Shown here: piece by piece, positions 56,464-64,000 of the stretch
Layout of the letters: each line of letters opens with the position of its first letter
Position numbering within the stretch: the stretch's first letter is position 1
Assembly: GCA_040373655.1 (NCBI GenBank)
Contig: JBEICB010000002.1
Location: 3,534 to 67,533 of the forward strand
Length of the DNA: 64,000 nt
Origin: Pirellula sp.
Lineage (GTDB): Bacteria > Planctomycetota > Planctomycetia > Pirellulales > Pirellulaceae
Direction of reading: 5' to 3'
The notes under the pieces: generated by a model
What the model saw: only the letters and a program-made list of their open reading frames with translations
Databases searched by the model: none
Told to the model about the DNA's origin: nothing
Made by a program: the position numbers and the translations under genes

Positions 56464-57081
56464 TCAGGGGATGAAGACTTGGGGAGTTTTCAACCGTAAC
56501 AGGGTCATAGCCCAGCGTCCGAGAAAACTGGTTTGTGCGTCGTTTCTGACTCGCTCACTGGCGAGTAATTCTTCAACATTGGAGTTGCCTGCAGGGAGTG
56601 GCAAGAAATTTGATTTGTCCGGTTCAAGCGAACGGGTGAGTAGGTTTTGCAACATCGATTCGAGTGCGAGAGCAGAATCTACTTGGCGATCAAATTGAAC
56701 GGTTTCTCGGAATTTTTCTTGTTGTTCTTTCCAGTAGTTGAGGTCGATTGGTCGGTCGAGAAACCGATTGTTTTCAAGAAGGTCATTCGCGTTTCGGTAA
56801 CGGTTCGCAAGAGTGGACTGTGCCTTTGGCCAAAGCGTGCGAGACCTATCCAGGCTCTGCATGATGCGCTGGAACTGAAATGCCATGGAAAGAACGAAAA
56901 CCAGACCCAGGATGATGATGACGATAAAGGGGAAGAATGCGACGCGTCCTGAGAGGGATGGACCGGCGGGGTGTTGCGAACGGGCCGCAACCGAATCGTC
57001 AGCGTTGGAGGAACTCAAGTTTTGCTTCCCCAACGCTGAGGCTTTTGCATTTCTACCGGTGCTGTGTTCGTCGTTTAGCAT
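56464..57081 (-). CDS. Hypothetical single-pass membrane protein
   Basis: One TM, 'VAFFPFIVIIILGLVFVLSMAF'. Its ATG overlaps the upstream stop (TAATG at 57079-57083) and its stop lies 7 nt from the holB start. No recognisable domain. Confidence 0.55.
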   Translation of the reverse strand: MLNDEHSTGRNAKASALGKQNLSSSNADDSVAARSQHPAGPSLSGRVAFFPFIVIIILGLVFVLSMAFQFQRIMQSLDRSRTLWPKAQSTLANRYRNANDLLENNRFLDRPIDLNYWKEQQEKFRETVQFDRQVDSALALESMLQNLLTRSLEPDKSNFLPLPAGNSNVEELLASERVRNDAQTSFLGRWAMTLLRLKTPQVFIP

Positions 57082-58868
57082 TAGGTAGGGATCTTGTACT
57101 CGGTGAGTCGTTTCATTTCGTCGGCGATGTTGCTACCGTCTGGCGTTGCATCATTGTCGACGTCGAACCAAGCTTCATCGAACTTGATATACCCGGATTC
57201 GCCTTTCGCTGAACGACGCAAAGCGACGTTGGTAGTCAGCGAGATGATGGCATCGGCCATGGCGACCTCTGGGTAGCATCGAGGTTTGTTTTCCGGGGAG
57301 TTGTTGCGGATGCAATAAGCCCAGTGTTCGATTTCCTCGGTATAACCACGGCTGACCGGTCCGCTGGCAGCCGCAGCTTTGGAAACGGGAGCGGAAGCCC
57401 CACCGCTGGCCTGAGTGTCCAAAGCATAGCCACTTCCAGCAGCCTTTACCCCTGCCGCAGCACTCGTATCTGATTTTGCATAGAGCATAACTTCTTGTTC
57501 TTTTTCGAGCACAAGCGTTCCCTTTGTTCCCATCACGACTTCGCCGTAACCACCGTAGCCATTCCCATTGATCGAGGAGTAGGTCACAACGATCTTCTTG
57601 TTCGGATCTTGGTCGTAGCTAGGAACGCCTTTGATGCCCCCGGGTTGTTTGTAACCGAGGTCAAACTTTTCGCTGTACTCGGGACCTGGGAATTCGAACA
57701 TGCAGTAAACGTGGTCATCCGCATCTCGGTCAGCTGGGAAGATGTGGCGACCGCCGACGGCATGGACCGTTAGCGGATGGGCCTTTTTGCCGTCAGATCG
57801 AAGTGCACTGCAGAAGATTGTTGCAGCGTCGAGTTGGTGGCTACCGAGTTCACCCATGAGTCCCGCGCTAGTTCGGTCAAAGAGTCTCCAACGCACGAGC
57901 TCTTCCATCGCGGAGACTGTTCGGTTGCCGATCGATTTTTCTAGGTAACCAAACCGTGCTGCATCGACAACGTCTTGCATCCAAGCTTCTTGCTGGGCAA
58001 CTTTACGCTTGAGCTGTTCGATTTCTGCTGGGTTCTTGGCCTTTTCCAATTCCTTAACGTATTTGTCGTAATCGGCCTTGATCTTGTCGACCTTGGTATC
58101 TGGGTCTCCGCCTACCATAGGTGGCTGCCACGAATCATTGCCTGGCAGATTTCCTCGGTGCCATTGTGCGCGGATGTGGTGCAATTGGCCCAACATCCCC
58201 CAACGCATTAAGTGAACAGCATTATCGTACAGAACGCTGTAATGGCGTTGGTGTCCGGTCGCAAGGTATAGTTGTTGCCCGGCGGAGTTCTTCAGTTCGC
58301 GGGACATACGAGCCATTACTTTGCACTGAGCGACGTTATGAGCCATCAATTTTTCGGTCAAAACGTGTTTGCCCTTTTGCATCGCTTTTATTGCAATTGG
58401 TGCGTGCAAGTGCAGAGGCAAGGCGATGATGATCGCTTCGATGCTGTCGTCATTGAGCAACGCATCGATACCACCGTTGGAAGCATCATAGACTTTGACG
58501 TTCTTGCGTGCTTCAGCTTCGCTCGAATACTTGTATTGTTTGATCAAGCCAGGGCGGGTTGGGGTGGTCCAATCGCCGTGGAAGGCACGGAAGATACTAT
58601 AGGGGCGGATGTCGGCCACTGCGGTGACTTGGACGTAATCCGGGGTGCATCCACCGATCAGTACGCTTCCTTCGTCACCCGTACCGATGACGCCAACGCG
58701 TACTGGGTCTGTGAATTTTTCGTACCCGAAATACATTGCGCCAAGGCCAGCGCCGCTCACCGCGCCAGCGGCGATGACTCCTTGTAGAAATTCGCGACGG
58801 GTAAATCCAACCGCTTCGTGATAGTTGTCCTGTCCGATCGTTTTGTCTTCTGCACTGAGAGTACGCAT
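57081..58868 (-). CDS. Gfo/Idh/MocA-family oxidoreductase with twin-arginine signal
   Basis: 'TRREFLQGVIAAGAVSGAGLGA', Rossmann 'RVGVIGTGDEG', 'TEKLMA'. Confidence 0.88.
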   Translation of the reverse strand: MRTLSAEDKTIGQDNYHEAVGFTRREFLQGVIAAGAVSGAGLGAMYFGYEKFTDPVRVGVIGTGDEGSVLIGGCTPDYVQVTAVADIRPYSIFRAFHGDWTTPTRPGLIKQYKYSSEAEARKNVKVYDASNGGIDALLNDDSIEAIIIALPLHLHAPIAIKAMQKGKHVLTEKLMAHNVAQCKVMARMSRELKNSAGQQLYLATGHQRHYSVLYDNAVHLMRWGMLGQLHHIRAQWHRGNLPGNDSWQPPMVGGDPDTKVDKIKADYDKYVKELEKAKNPAEIEQLKRKVAQQEAWMQDVVDAARFGYLEKSIGNRTVSAMEELVRWRLFDRTSAGLMGELGSHQLDAATIFCSALRSDGKKAHPLTVHAVGGRHIFPADRDADDHVYCMFEFPGPEYSEKFDLGYKQPGGIKGVPSYDQDPNKKIVVTYSSINGNGYGGYGEVVMGTKGTLVLEKEQEVMLYAKSDTSAAAGVKAAGSGYALDTQASGGASAPVSKAAAASGPVSRGYTEEIEHWAYCIRNNSPENKPRCYPEVAMADAIISLTTNVALRRSAKGESGYIKFDEAWFDVDNDATPDGSNIADEMKRLTEYKIPT

Positions 58869-58957
58869 TCTATGACCTCTGTTACACGAAAAATGGATTG
58901 CGAATTGATTTCGAGGAAATTAGTGGGGGGCTGGACGCCGTTATGGATGCAATGTGT

Positions 58958-59902
58958 TTAAACTGCAGGAACTTTGGCTTTGCGATTCCAGAAACTCCAA
59001 GGGATGAAGTCCAGTCCGGCGTATCGACCAGCATCTGCGAAGGCCACCATGAAACAGCCGAGCATTTCGATCGCTTGGTAATACGTCGGTTGGGTACCCG
59101 GAAAACCAGGGAATTGACTAACAACTACGGAAGCTAAAAAGACTCCGGCGGCCAGTCCAGCCAAGGGGGTCAGCAATCCGACGAGTAGTAAGATGCCAAC
59201 CGACATATCGAAGATTGGGATGATCTTGTCGACCAAACGGACCGAAATCGGGCCTTCTCCTTCATACTTAAATGGAACGGTCTTACGTATGACATTGCCA
59301 TTGGGATCTTTTGCCAAAGGCTTTTTCGGATCGGGATTGGCTTGTTCGTCAGTTGCAACGGCGTTGAGACTGGAAACCATATCATTGACAGAGTTATCAA
59401 TCTCGGAGAGCACGGGCTTACCAAGGGCTCTCCATTTGGTTTCAATCTCTTCGCGTTGGCCTCGCAGCGACGCGACTTTTTTCCGCGAAGGGTCGCTGTC
59501 GAGTTTTGCTAGACGTTCCACACCGTTCTTGTATTCCTCGATTTGCGGCTTCCATTCGTCGTACGTTTCTTTGCGTTTCGCTTTGAACTCCGTGAGGATG
59601 GCGTCGACTTCCTTGTTCTGGTCTTCGCTCAGTCCAAATTCCCGTTTGATCTGTTCTCCGTAGGCTTCTGCCGCATCCGACATTCGTTTGGCATCCATCC
59701 GGATAGACCCATCGTAGTCGGGAATCATTGCATGAAAGTTCTTGGCAAATGGGCCTTTTGCTGCGGCCAAGAAACCTGTCGAAGAGAACCCGTCGCGGAC
59801 CTTTACCGCACCTTCTTGAAAGAAATGCCAACCGATGACGAGTCGCAGTAGGACCAGGAACAGAATTGCGGGTAGCGTCAGTCTTGCTTTTCGAAATAAC
59901 AT
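58958..59902 (-). CDS. DoxX-like membrane protein interrupted by a ~190-aa hydrophilic insert
   Basis: N-terminal 'LFLVLLRLVIGWHFFQEGAVK' and C-terminal TM helices ('GILLLVGLLTPLAGLAAGVFLASVV') resemble DoxX/DoxD. The charged central region has no match that I recognise. ATG at 59902 chosen. Confidence 0.55.
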   Translation of the reverse strand: MLFRKARLTLPAILFLVLLRLVIGWHFFQEGAVKVRDGFSSTGFLAAAKGPFAKNFHAMIPDYDGSIRMDAKRMSDAAEAYGEQIKREFGLSEDQNKEVDAILTEFKAKRKETYDEWKPQIEEYKNGVERLAKLDSDPSRKKVASLRGQREEIETKWRALGKPVLSEIDNSVNDMVSSLNAVATDEQANPDPKKPLAKDPNGNVIRKTVPFKYEGEGPISVRLVDKIIPIFDMSVGILLLVGLLTPLAGLAAGVFLASVVVSQFPGFPGTQPTYYQAIEMLGCFMVAFADAGRYAGLDFIPWSFWNRKAKVPAV

Positions 59903-60031
59903 GGTTGGGTTTCGACAGCGTCGAAGAGGGGATGACTCGGGAGTGTAACGCAGGCTACACCGGCCCGGCGAGGAAGCGAGCCATGTTGTAGTATGGTACA
60001 AAAAATCCCATAAGCCAAGACGGATGGGGGG

Positions 60032-61300
60032 TTAGGGGCCTATTTCTTCAATGGCAGCGATGATTTCTCCCGGCGAGAGCTGCTGGCTAAAAAAAAGGAC
60101 TTTGTGGTTGGGAGAGAAGGAATGGCGTTCCCATTGTTTTTTCAGAGACTGAGGAATGGCAAGGAGCAACGGGGCATGGGAGAACGCTTGGAGCACTTCC
60201 TGCTTGTGTCGTAGGTACTCCGGGGTCCAGAAACCAACGATTTCAAGTAGGATCCGCTCCTGATTGGGCGTAATGACTGTAAAGTCCGGGAAAAAGACAC
60301 GTTGTCCGCGCACAAGCAAATCGCCTTCGCGGATCAGACGCCATTGTGAGTGTTCGGGAGCTGACTCGATCAGCAGCATCACCCTCCAGTTTTCTATTAG
60401 GTCTGCTTCTAGTTGCGAGTCGGTGTATTGTGGTGGGGCGGCGCGGGATTGCAGGCCGCAGGAATCGTCAAGGTTCAGTTGCCAGGTTCTTTTTTTGGCC
60501 CAAGGAGCTTGATTGGCGAGGGCGACATGTTTTGGGCTGATGCGAGCGGTGAGTTTCCAGGATTTGCAAGCGAGTAATCCTGGAAAGAACTTGGCCATTT
60601 GAATGCCATAGCGGTGTGTATGCCGGAGGACTGAGGCGGGGCCATCGAGGGTGATTCTATATCCGTGTTCTAAGGGTTCAATTCGGTGCATGAGTTGAGC
60701 AAGTTTGGCGTACCTAAGGATTGCTTTCCAATCGCTCAATGCGTCGACAGTCACATCGGTGGCATCCATCAGTACGGCTTGTGTTTGGGCGACGTTGTAG
60801 CGAGCGAGAAGATCCGTAGGTTCTTCAGGCATATGGAATTTCGCTAACCGCTGGTGTTCGATGATGTCGGAAAAGAGTTTTTCTTGAAGGTCTAACCAAG
60901 TGCAGTTTTCGCTCAAGGCGATCCGGTCTTTTACGGACTGTTCGGAGTGTTCGAGAATCGATTCGGCTTGTTGGACGAGTGGGTGAAAAGAAGCGGCTTG
61001 GCGGAAGACACGTTGCCGCAATTCCGCGGTTTGTTTTGGTTTTCCCATATCGAAGTCGGACCATTCATCGAGTAGTTTGCAGAACGCGCCGATGCGACGT
61101 GCTGGGCACTGTGGATCTTCTTCGAGTATGCGATGAATGTCGTAATGTAGATTTTTCCGCATCTTTCCGATCCCTTGTCGGTACACGTCGCACATTTTCG
61201 ACGCCAGTTCGACGTAGATCTTATGTTTATTGCGCACCAGGCGATCAGGATGGATCTGTCCGTTTTCGAAACTGACGATGGCGAGTTCCTTCGTAAGCAT
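60032..61300 (-). CDS. DUF790-family protein (Bax1-like nuclease partner of XPB helicases)
   Basis: Family-typical N-terminus 'MLTKELAIVSFENGQIHPDRL' and C-terminal 'FFPDFTV...LLEIVGFWTPEYL'. Overlaps the 3' end of the upstream helicase gene by 56 nt. Confidence 0.78.
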   Translation of the reverse strand: MLTKELAIVSFENGQIHPDRLVRNKHKIYVELASKMCDVYRQGIGKMRKNLHYDIHRILEEDPQCPARRIGAFCKLLDEWSDFDMGKPKQTAELRQRVFRQAASFHPLVQQAESILEHSEQSVKDRIALSENCTWLDLQEKLFSDIIEHQRLAKFHMPEEPTDLLARYNVAQTQAVLMDATDVTVDALSDWKAILRYAKLAQLMHRIEPLEHGYRITLDGPASVLRHTHRYGIQMAKFFPGLLACKSWKLTARISPKHVALANQAPWAKKRTWQLNLDDSCGLQSRAAPPQYTDSQLEADLIENWRVMLLIESAPEHSQWRLIREGDLLVRGQRVFFPDFTVITPNQERILLEIVGFWTPEYLRHKQEVLQAFSHAPLLLAIPQSLKKQWERHSFSPNHKVLFFSQQLSPGEIIAAIEEIGP

Positions 61301-62801
61301 CGTTGTTCCTCCTTTTGCGCGATCGGTTGACTTCTTTCGTTTCTGTGGCCACAACTTCGTAGAGAATAGCGCGGCGATTTCCTCGCTTGCGTAAGATGCG
61401 TCCTAGGCGTTGTTTAGCTTGTCGAATCGATCCTTTACCTCCGAGGACAATTGCGACCTTCACTTCGGGCAGATCAACACCTTCATCAAGTACTTGATTT
61501 GCGACTATGGCTGGGTAGATACCATCTCGCAGTCCCTCGATATAGTCGAGTCGTTCGTGTTTTCCGCAGTGGCTTAGCAGACATGGTATTAGGAATCGCA
61601 GTGAGACCGCGCGAGCCATTGCATTCGATCCCGTGAAAATGACCATCGATTCTCCGAGGTGCAATCGAAATAGATCTTCAAGGATCCTGAGTTTTTCTTC
61701 TGCTCTATCTTCGATCGCATCTTTTTCGCGTCGAAGTCGCATGATTCGAGAGGCTTCGCTCCCCTTAGAGGCCTCTGCGCAGAGGTCTTTCCAAGCAAAC
61801 TCTGGATCGGTTTTTCTCCGTTCGTAGACATACTTTGAGATTTGCTGCGAGAGGTTTTTGTAGCGAGCACGTTCTTGAGGATTCAGCTCGATTGGAATTC
61901 GAACCACTTCATAATCCGCGAGAGTCGAACCACGCACTTGTTCCATTTTTAATTCATACTGCACTGGGCCGATCCACTGCACTAGGGCGTCGGTCTGTTC
62001 GGGCAGAGTTGCAGTAAGCCCGAGGCGACTTGGGGCCACAGAGCAACGGGCAGCATCGGCTCGGATTGGCCCGGTCAAATGGTGACACTCATCGAAGATC
62101 AATAGGTCGAATGCGTTTCCTAGCTCAGTGGCATGGATACAAGCGCTCGCATATGTCGTTACGGTGACTGGTCGAATCTGACGGTGGGTGTCCCCTAAAA
62201 TGCCAGCATCGATTTTCAGACCACGAAGGATGCGTCGATGCCATTGATACATCAAATCCCGAACCGGTGCGACGATTAGTGAGCGGTAGGAACTTGAGTT
62301 TGGGTCGCCAAGAGCGTCAGGCGTGCCACTGATCTTGGTGTTATGCGATGCGATGCGACGAGCTAAGATCGCTAGGGCAACTTCCGTTTTTCCGGTGCCA
62401 GTGGGCATCACAATGATTCCACGACCGGTCTTTTCCCACTGCTGAATTGCTTGGATTTGTTCTGGACGCAACGAGGGCAGGGAGTTCGCTGAGGATTCGT
62501 GGATTCGGTCGGCAACTTGCTCCTTCTCATCCGAGAATTTTGCTGCACGGATGGTGTCTTTGATAGGTAGATTCAGAAGCGTGATTGCTTGGTGCAAATC
62601 GGCGTAGTGGTACGCATCGGTGCGCCATTTGGAAACTCGGGGGTCCCAGACCCAGATTCCTTGTCCGAACCAGCGAGCTAATATTTGGGAGTTGAGCGAA
62701 GTGGATTGGCTGTCCCCTGCCACGCCTTGGGCGACGGATCCTGATTCGAGGAGCAAGGTGCCTGCATCGAAGGTAAGTCGAATCAACGGCATTGGGGTCA
62801 T
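61245..62801 (-). CDS. XPB/ERCC3/Rad25-like SF2 DNA helicase
   Basis: N-terminal 'LIRLTFDAGTLLLE' (XPB damage-recognition-domain-like), Walker A 'VMPTGTGKTEVA', 'IFDECHH', 'LGLTATL', motif VI 'QRLGRILR'. ATG at 62801 chosen because the longer ORF overlaps the upstream gene. Confidence 0.85.
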   Translation of the reverse strand: MTPMPLIRLTFDAGTLLLESGSVAQGVAGDSQSTSLNSQILARWFGQGIWVWDPRVSKWRTDAYHYADLHQAITLLNLPIKDTIRAAKFSDEKEQVADRIHESSANSLPSLRPEQIQAIQQWEKTGRGIIVMPTGTGKTEVALAILARRIASHNTKISGTPDALGDPNSSSYRSLIVAPVRDLMYQWHRRILRGLKIDAGILGDTHRQIRPVTVTTYASACIHATELGNAFDLLIFDECHHLTGPIRADAARCSVAPSRLGLTATLPEQTDALVQWIGPVQYELKMEQVRGSTLADYEVVRIPIELNPQERARYKNLSQQISKYVYERRKTDPEFAWKDLCAEASKGSEASRIMRLRREKDAIEDRAEEKLRILEDLFRLHLGESMVIFTGSNAMARAVSLRFLIPCLLSHCGKHERLDYIEGLRDGIYPAIVANQVLDEGVDLPEVKVAIVLGGKGSIRQAKQRLGRILRKRGNRRAILYEVVATETKEVNRSRKRRNNDAYEGTRHRQFRKRTDPS

Positions 62802-62812
62802 GCGGAAAAAAG

Positions 62813-64000
62813 CTAGTTTGGATCGACTGGGTGAGGAAGTCCTTGTGGGTCTAGTTCTACGGCAAGTGTTTCCCATTGTACTGTGCCGGTGGCTGGTATT
62901 TCGAGTCGAATTGCCCATCCAAGCCACTGTGGTGGGTCTACGGGAAAATAGTCGAATACGAAATTACCCAAGCTATAGACGATCGGTGCACCGCGATAGG
63001 AGTCTATGGTCTGAACGACATGGGGGTGCGACCCGATCACTGCACTGGCTCCTTGGTCGATCCATCGTTTCGCTTCGATGCGTTGTGAATCGAGTGGTAG
63101 CGATTCCATTTCGTTACCCCAGTGTACAAACACGATGATCACATCGGCATGATGTTTCTGTTTTGCTAGGGCGATGTCTTCGAGTACCCATTCCGATCGC
63201 ATCGGTGCATTTCCAGCACGCGTGGCAGTCGCTTCGTAGTCTTCTTGAAGAAACTCATTGTAGCCTAACAGTGCTATTTTTCGTCCTTTGGATTCGATGA
63301 TCAAGGGTGTCCTGGCCGCTTGAATTGTTTGTCCTCCGCCGAAGGCAGCGATGTTTTGTTGCTGGAGGACTTTTAAGCACTCTGTTAAACCTTCCGGACC
63401 AAAGTCTAGGGTGTGATTATTTGCGACGCTGAGTGCTTGGAAATATTTCGCTAGGTACGTCTCGGAACCTTTTGCGCCTCGGAAGACATAAGGTTTATTG
63501 CGTTGCGACCCACCTTTGCCCAAGACGCATTCAAGATTACCTATCGTCAAATCAGCATCGAGAAGCATCTCAGCGCAATAGCGGAAAGGATCTTGGCCGT
63601 TGGCAACGGCATTTCCTGGTCCTTGATCGAGCATGATGTCACCGACGAACAGCAGTCGCAATGGTTGTTTGCGTTCTTCGGTCTGGATTTCGAACAAGTT
63701 CATCTCCGCGACAAGACGAAAACCAAGGTTCATGCAACGGCTGTCGGGAGTGTTCCAATTTCGAAAACTTGAGCGTGACCAGAGCGGTAATGAATTCCAC
63801 GCACCACCACGACGTACTTTGACTTCGCCTTGCTTAGGCCCCATTGGGTCTCGGCGTGGGCTAGTAGCGTAGTAAGATTCGCTATACCAATCGGCAGTCC
63901 ATTCCCACACATTACCATGCATGTCGTGCAATCCAAACGCATTGGGAGGATAGGAAGCGACAGGAAGAGGGAAAGGGGAGTCACCGACCGATTTGATCTT
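62813..64000 (-). CDS. Fusion protein: FGE/SUMF1-type (formylglycine-generating-enzyme-like) domain plus CapA/PGA_cap calcineurin-like metallophosphatase domain; the 5' end lies outside the window
   Basis: The frame stays open to base 64000 ('...SYPPNAFGLHDMHGNVWEWTADWY...RGGAW' = FGE-sulfatase signature). CapA motifs follow: 'LLFVGDIMLDQG', 'TIGNLECV', 'ANNHTLDFG', 'VHWGNE', 'IGSHPHVVQ', 'YSLGNFVFD'. Confidence 0.85.
   Translation of the reverse strand, partial: KIKSVGDSPFPLPVASYPPNAFGLHDMHGNVWEWTADWYSESYYATSPRRDPMGPKQGEVKVRRGGAWNSLPLWSRSSFRNWNTPDSRCMNLGFRLVAEMNLFEIQTEERKQPLRLLFVGDIMLDQGPGNAVANGQDPFRYCAEMLLDADLTIGNLECVLGKGGSQRNKPYVFRGAKGSETYLAKYFQALSVANNHTLDFGPEGLTECLKVLQQQNIAAFGGGQTIQAARTPLIIESKGRKIALLGYNEFLQEDYEATATRAGNAPMRSEWVLEDIALAKQKHHADVIIVFVHWGNEMESLPLDSQRIEAKRWIDQGASAVIGSHPHVVQTIDSYRGAPIVYSLGNFVFDYFPVDPPQWLGWAIRLEIPATGTVQWETLAVELDPQGLPHPVDPN

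Noticed and set aside
1-64000. tRNA, rRNA, tmRNA, IS elements, integrases and prophage genes
   Set aside because: Visual inspection of all intergenic gaps over 100 bp showed no T-loop-like tRNA signatures. No ORF has transposase, integrase or phage hallmark motifs. A tRNAscan or Infernal run would be needed for a definitive negative.

Overview
64-kb chromosomal segment with the gene content of a Planctomycetota (Pirellula-like) genome. This assignment is an inference from a DUF1501 + DUF1549/DUF1553 cytochrome-like pair, several twin-arginine Gfo/Idh/MocA oxidoreductases, formylglycine sulfatase and FGE domains, and a tetrahydromethanopterin-biosynthesis-like gene. I can support about 45 protein-coding genes. 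I found no rRNA, tRNA, CRISPR array, transposase or integrase. Housekeeping blocks are feoA-feoA-feoB, rpmI-rplT-pheS-pheT, rnr, panB, purH, rtcB and holB. They are interleaved with lineage-typical enzymes: PhoD, arylsulfatase, ALDH, and a cupin/TIM-barrel/oxidoreductase sugar module. There are also signalling and envelope genes: an orphan histidine kinase, a Ser/Thr kinase, a LemA-M48 pair, cardiolipin synthase and a YgiQ radical-SAM protein. The two most unusual loci are candidates only. (1) A tightly packed minus-strand cassette at 60032-64000+ encodes an FGE-CapA metallophosphatase fusion, an XPB/Rad25-like SF2 helicase and an overlapping DUF790 (Bax1-like) nuclease. (2) A solitary, apparently lower-GC gene at 27755-29404 fuses a beta-class N6/N4 DNA methyltransferase to a C-terminal GIY-YIG nuclease-like domain. 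Smaller signals are listed as findings: an intrinsic-terminator-like hairpin with no gene in the 526-bp feo/RND intergenic region; a 16-nt x3 tandem repeat starting at the rpmI stop codon inside an unusually long rpmI-rplT spacer; an 11-bp perfect inverted repeat between purH and the cupin operon; and a second 16-nt tandem repeat downstream of the purH stop codon. All functional calls rest on motif recognition by eye. No database search was run.
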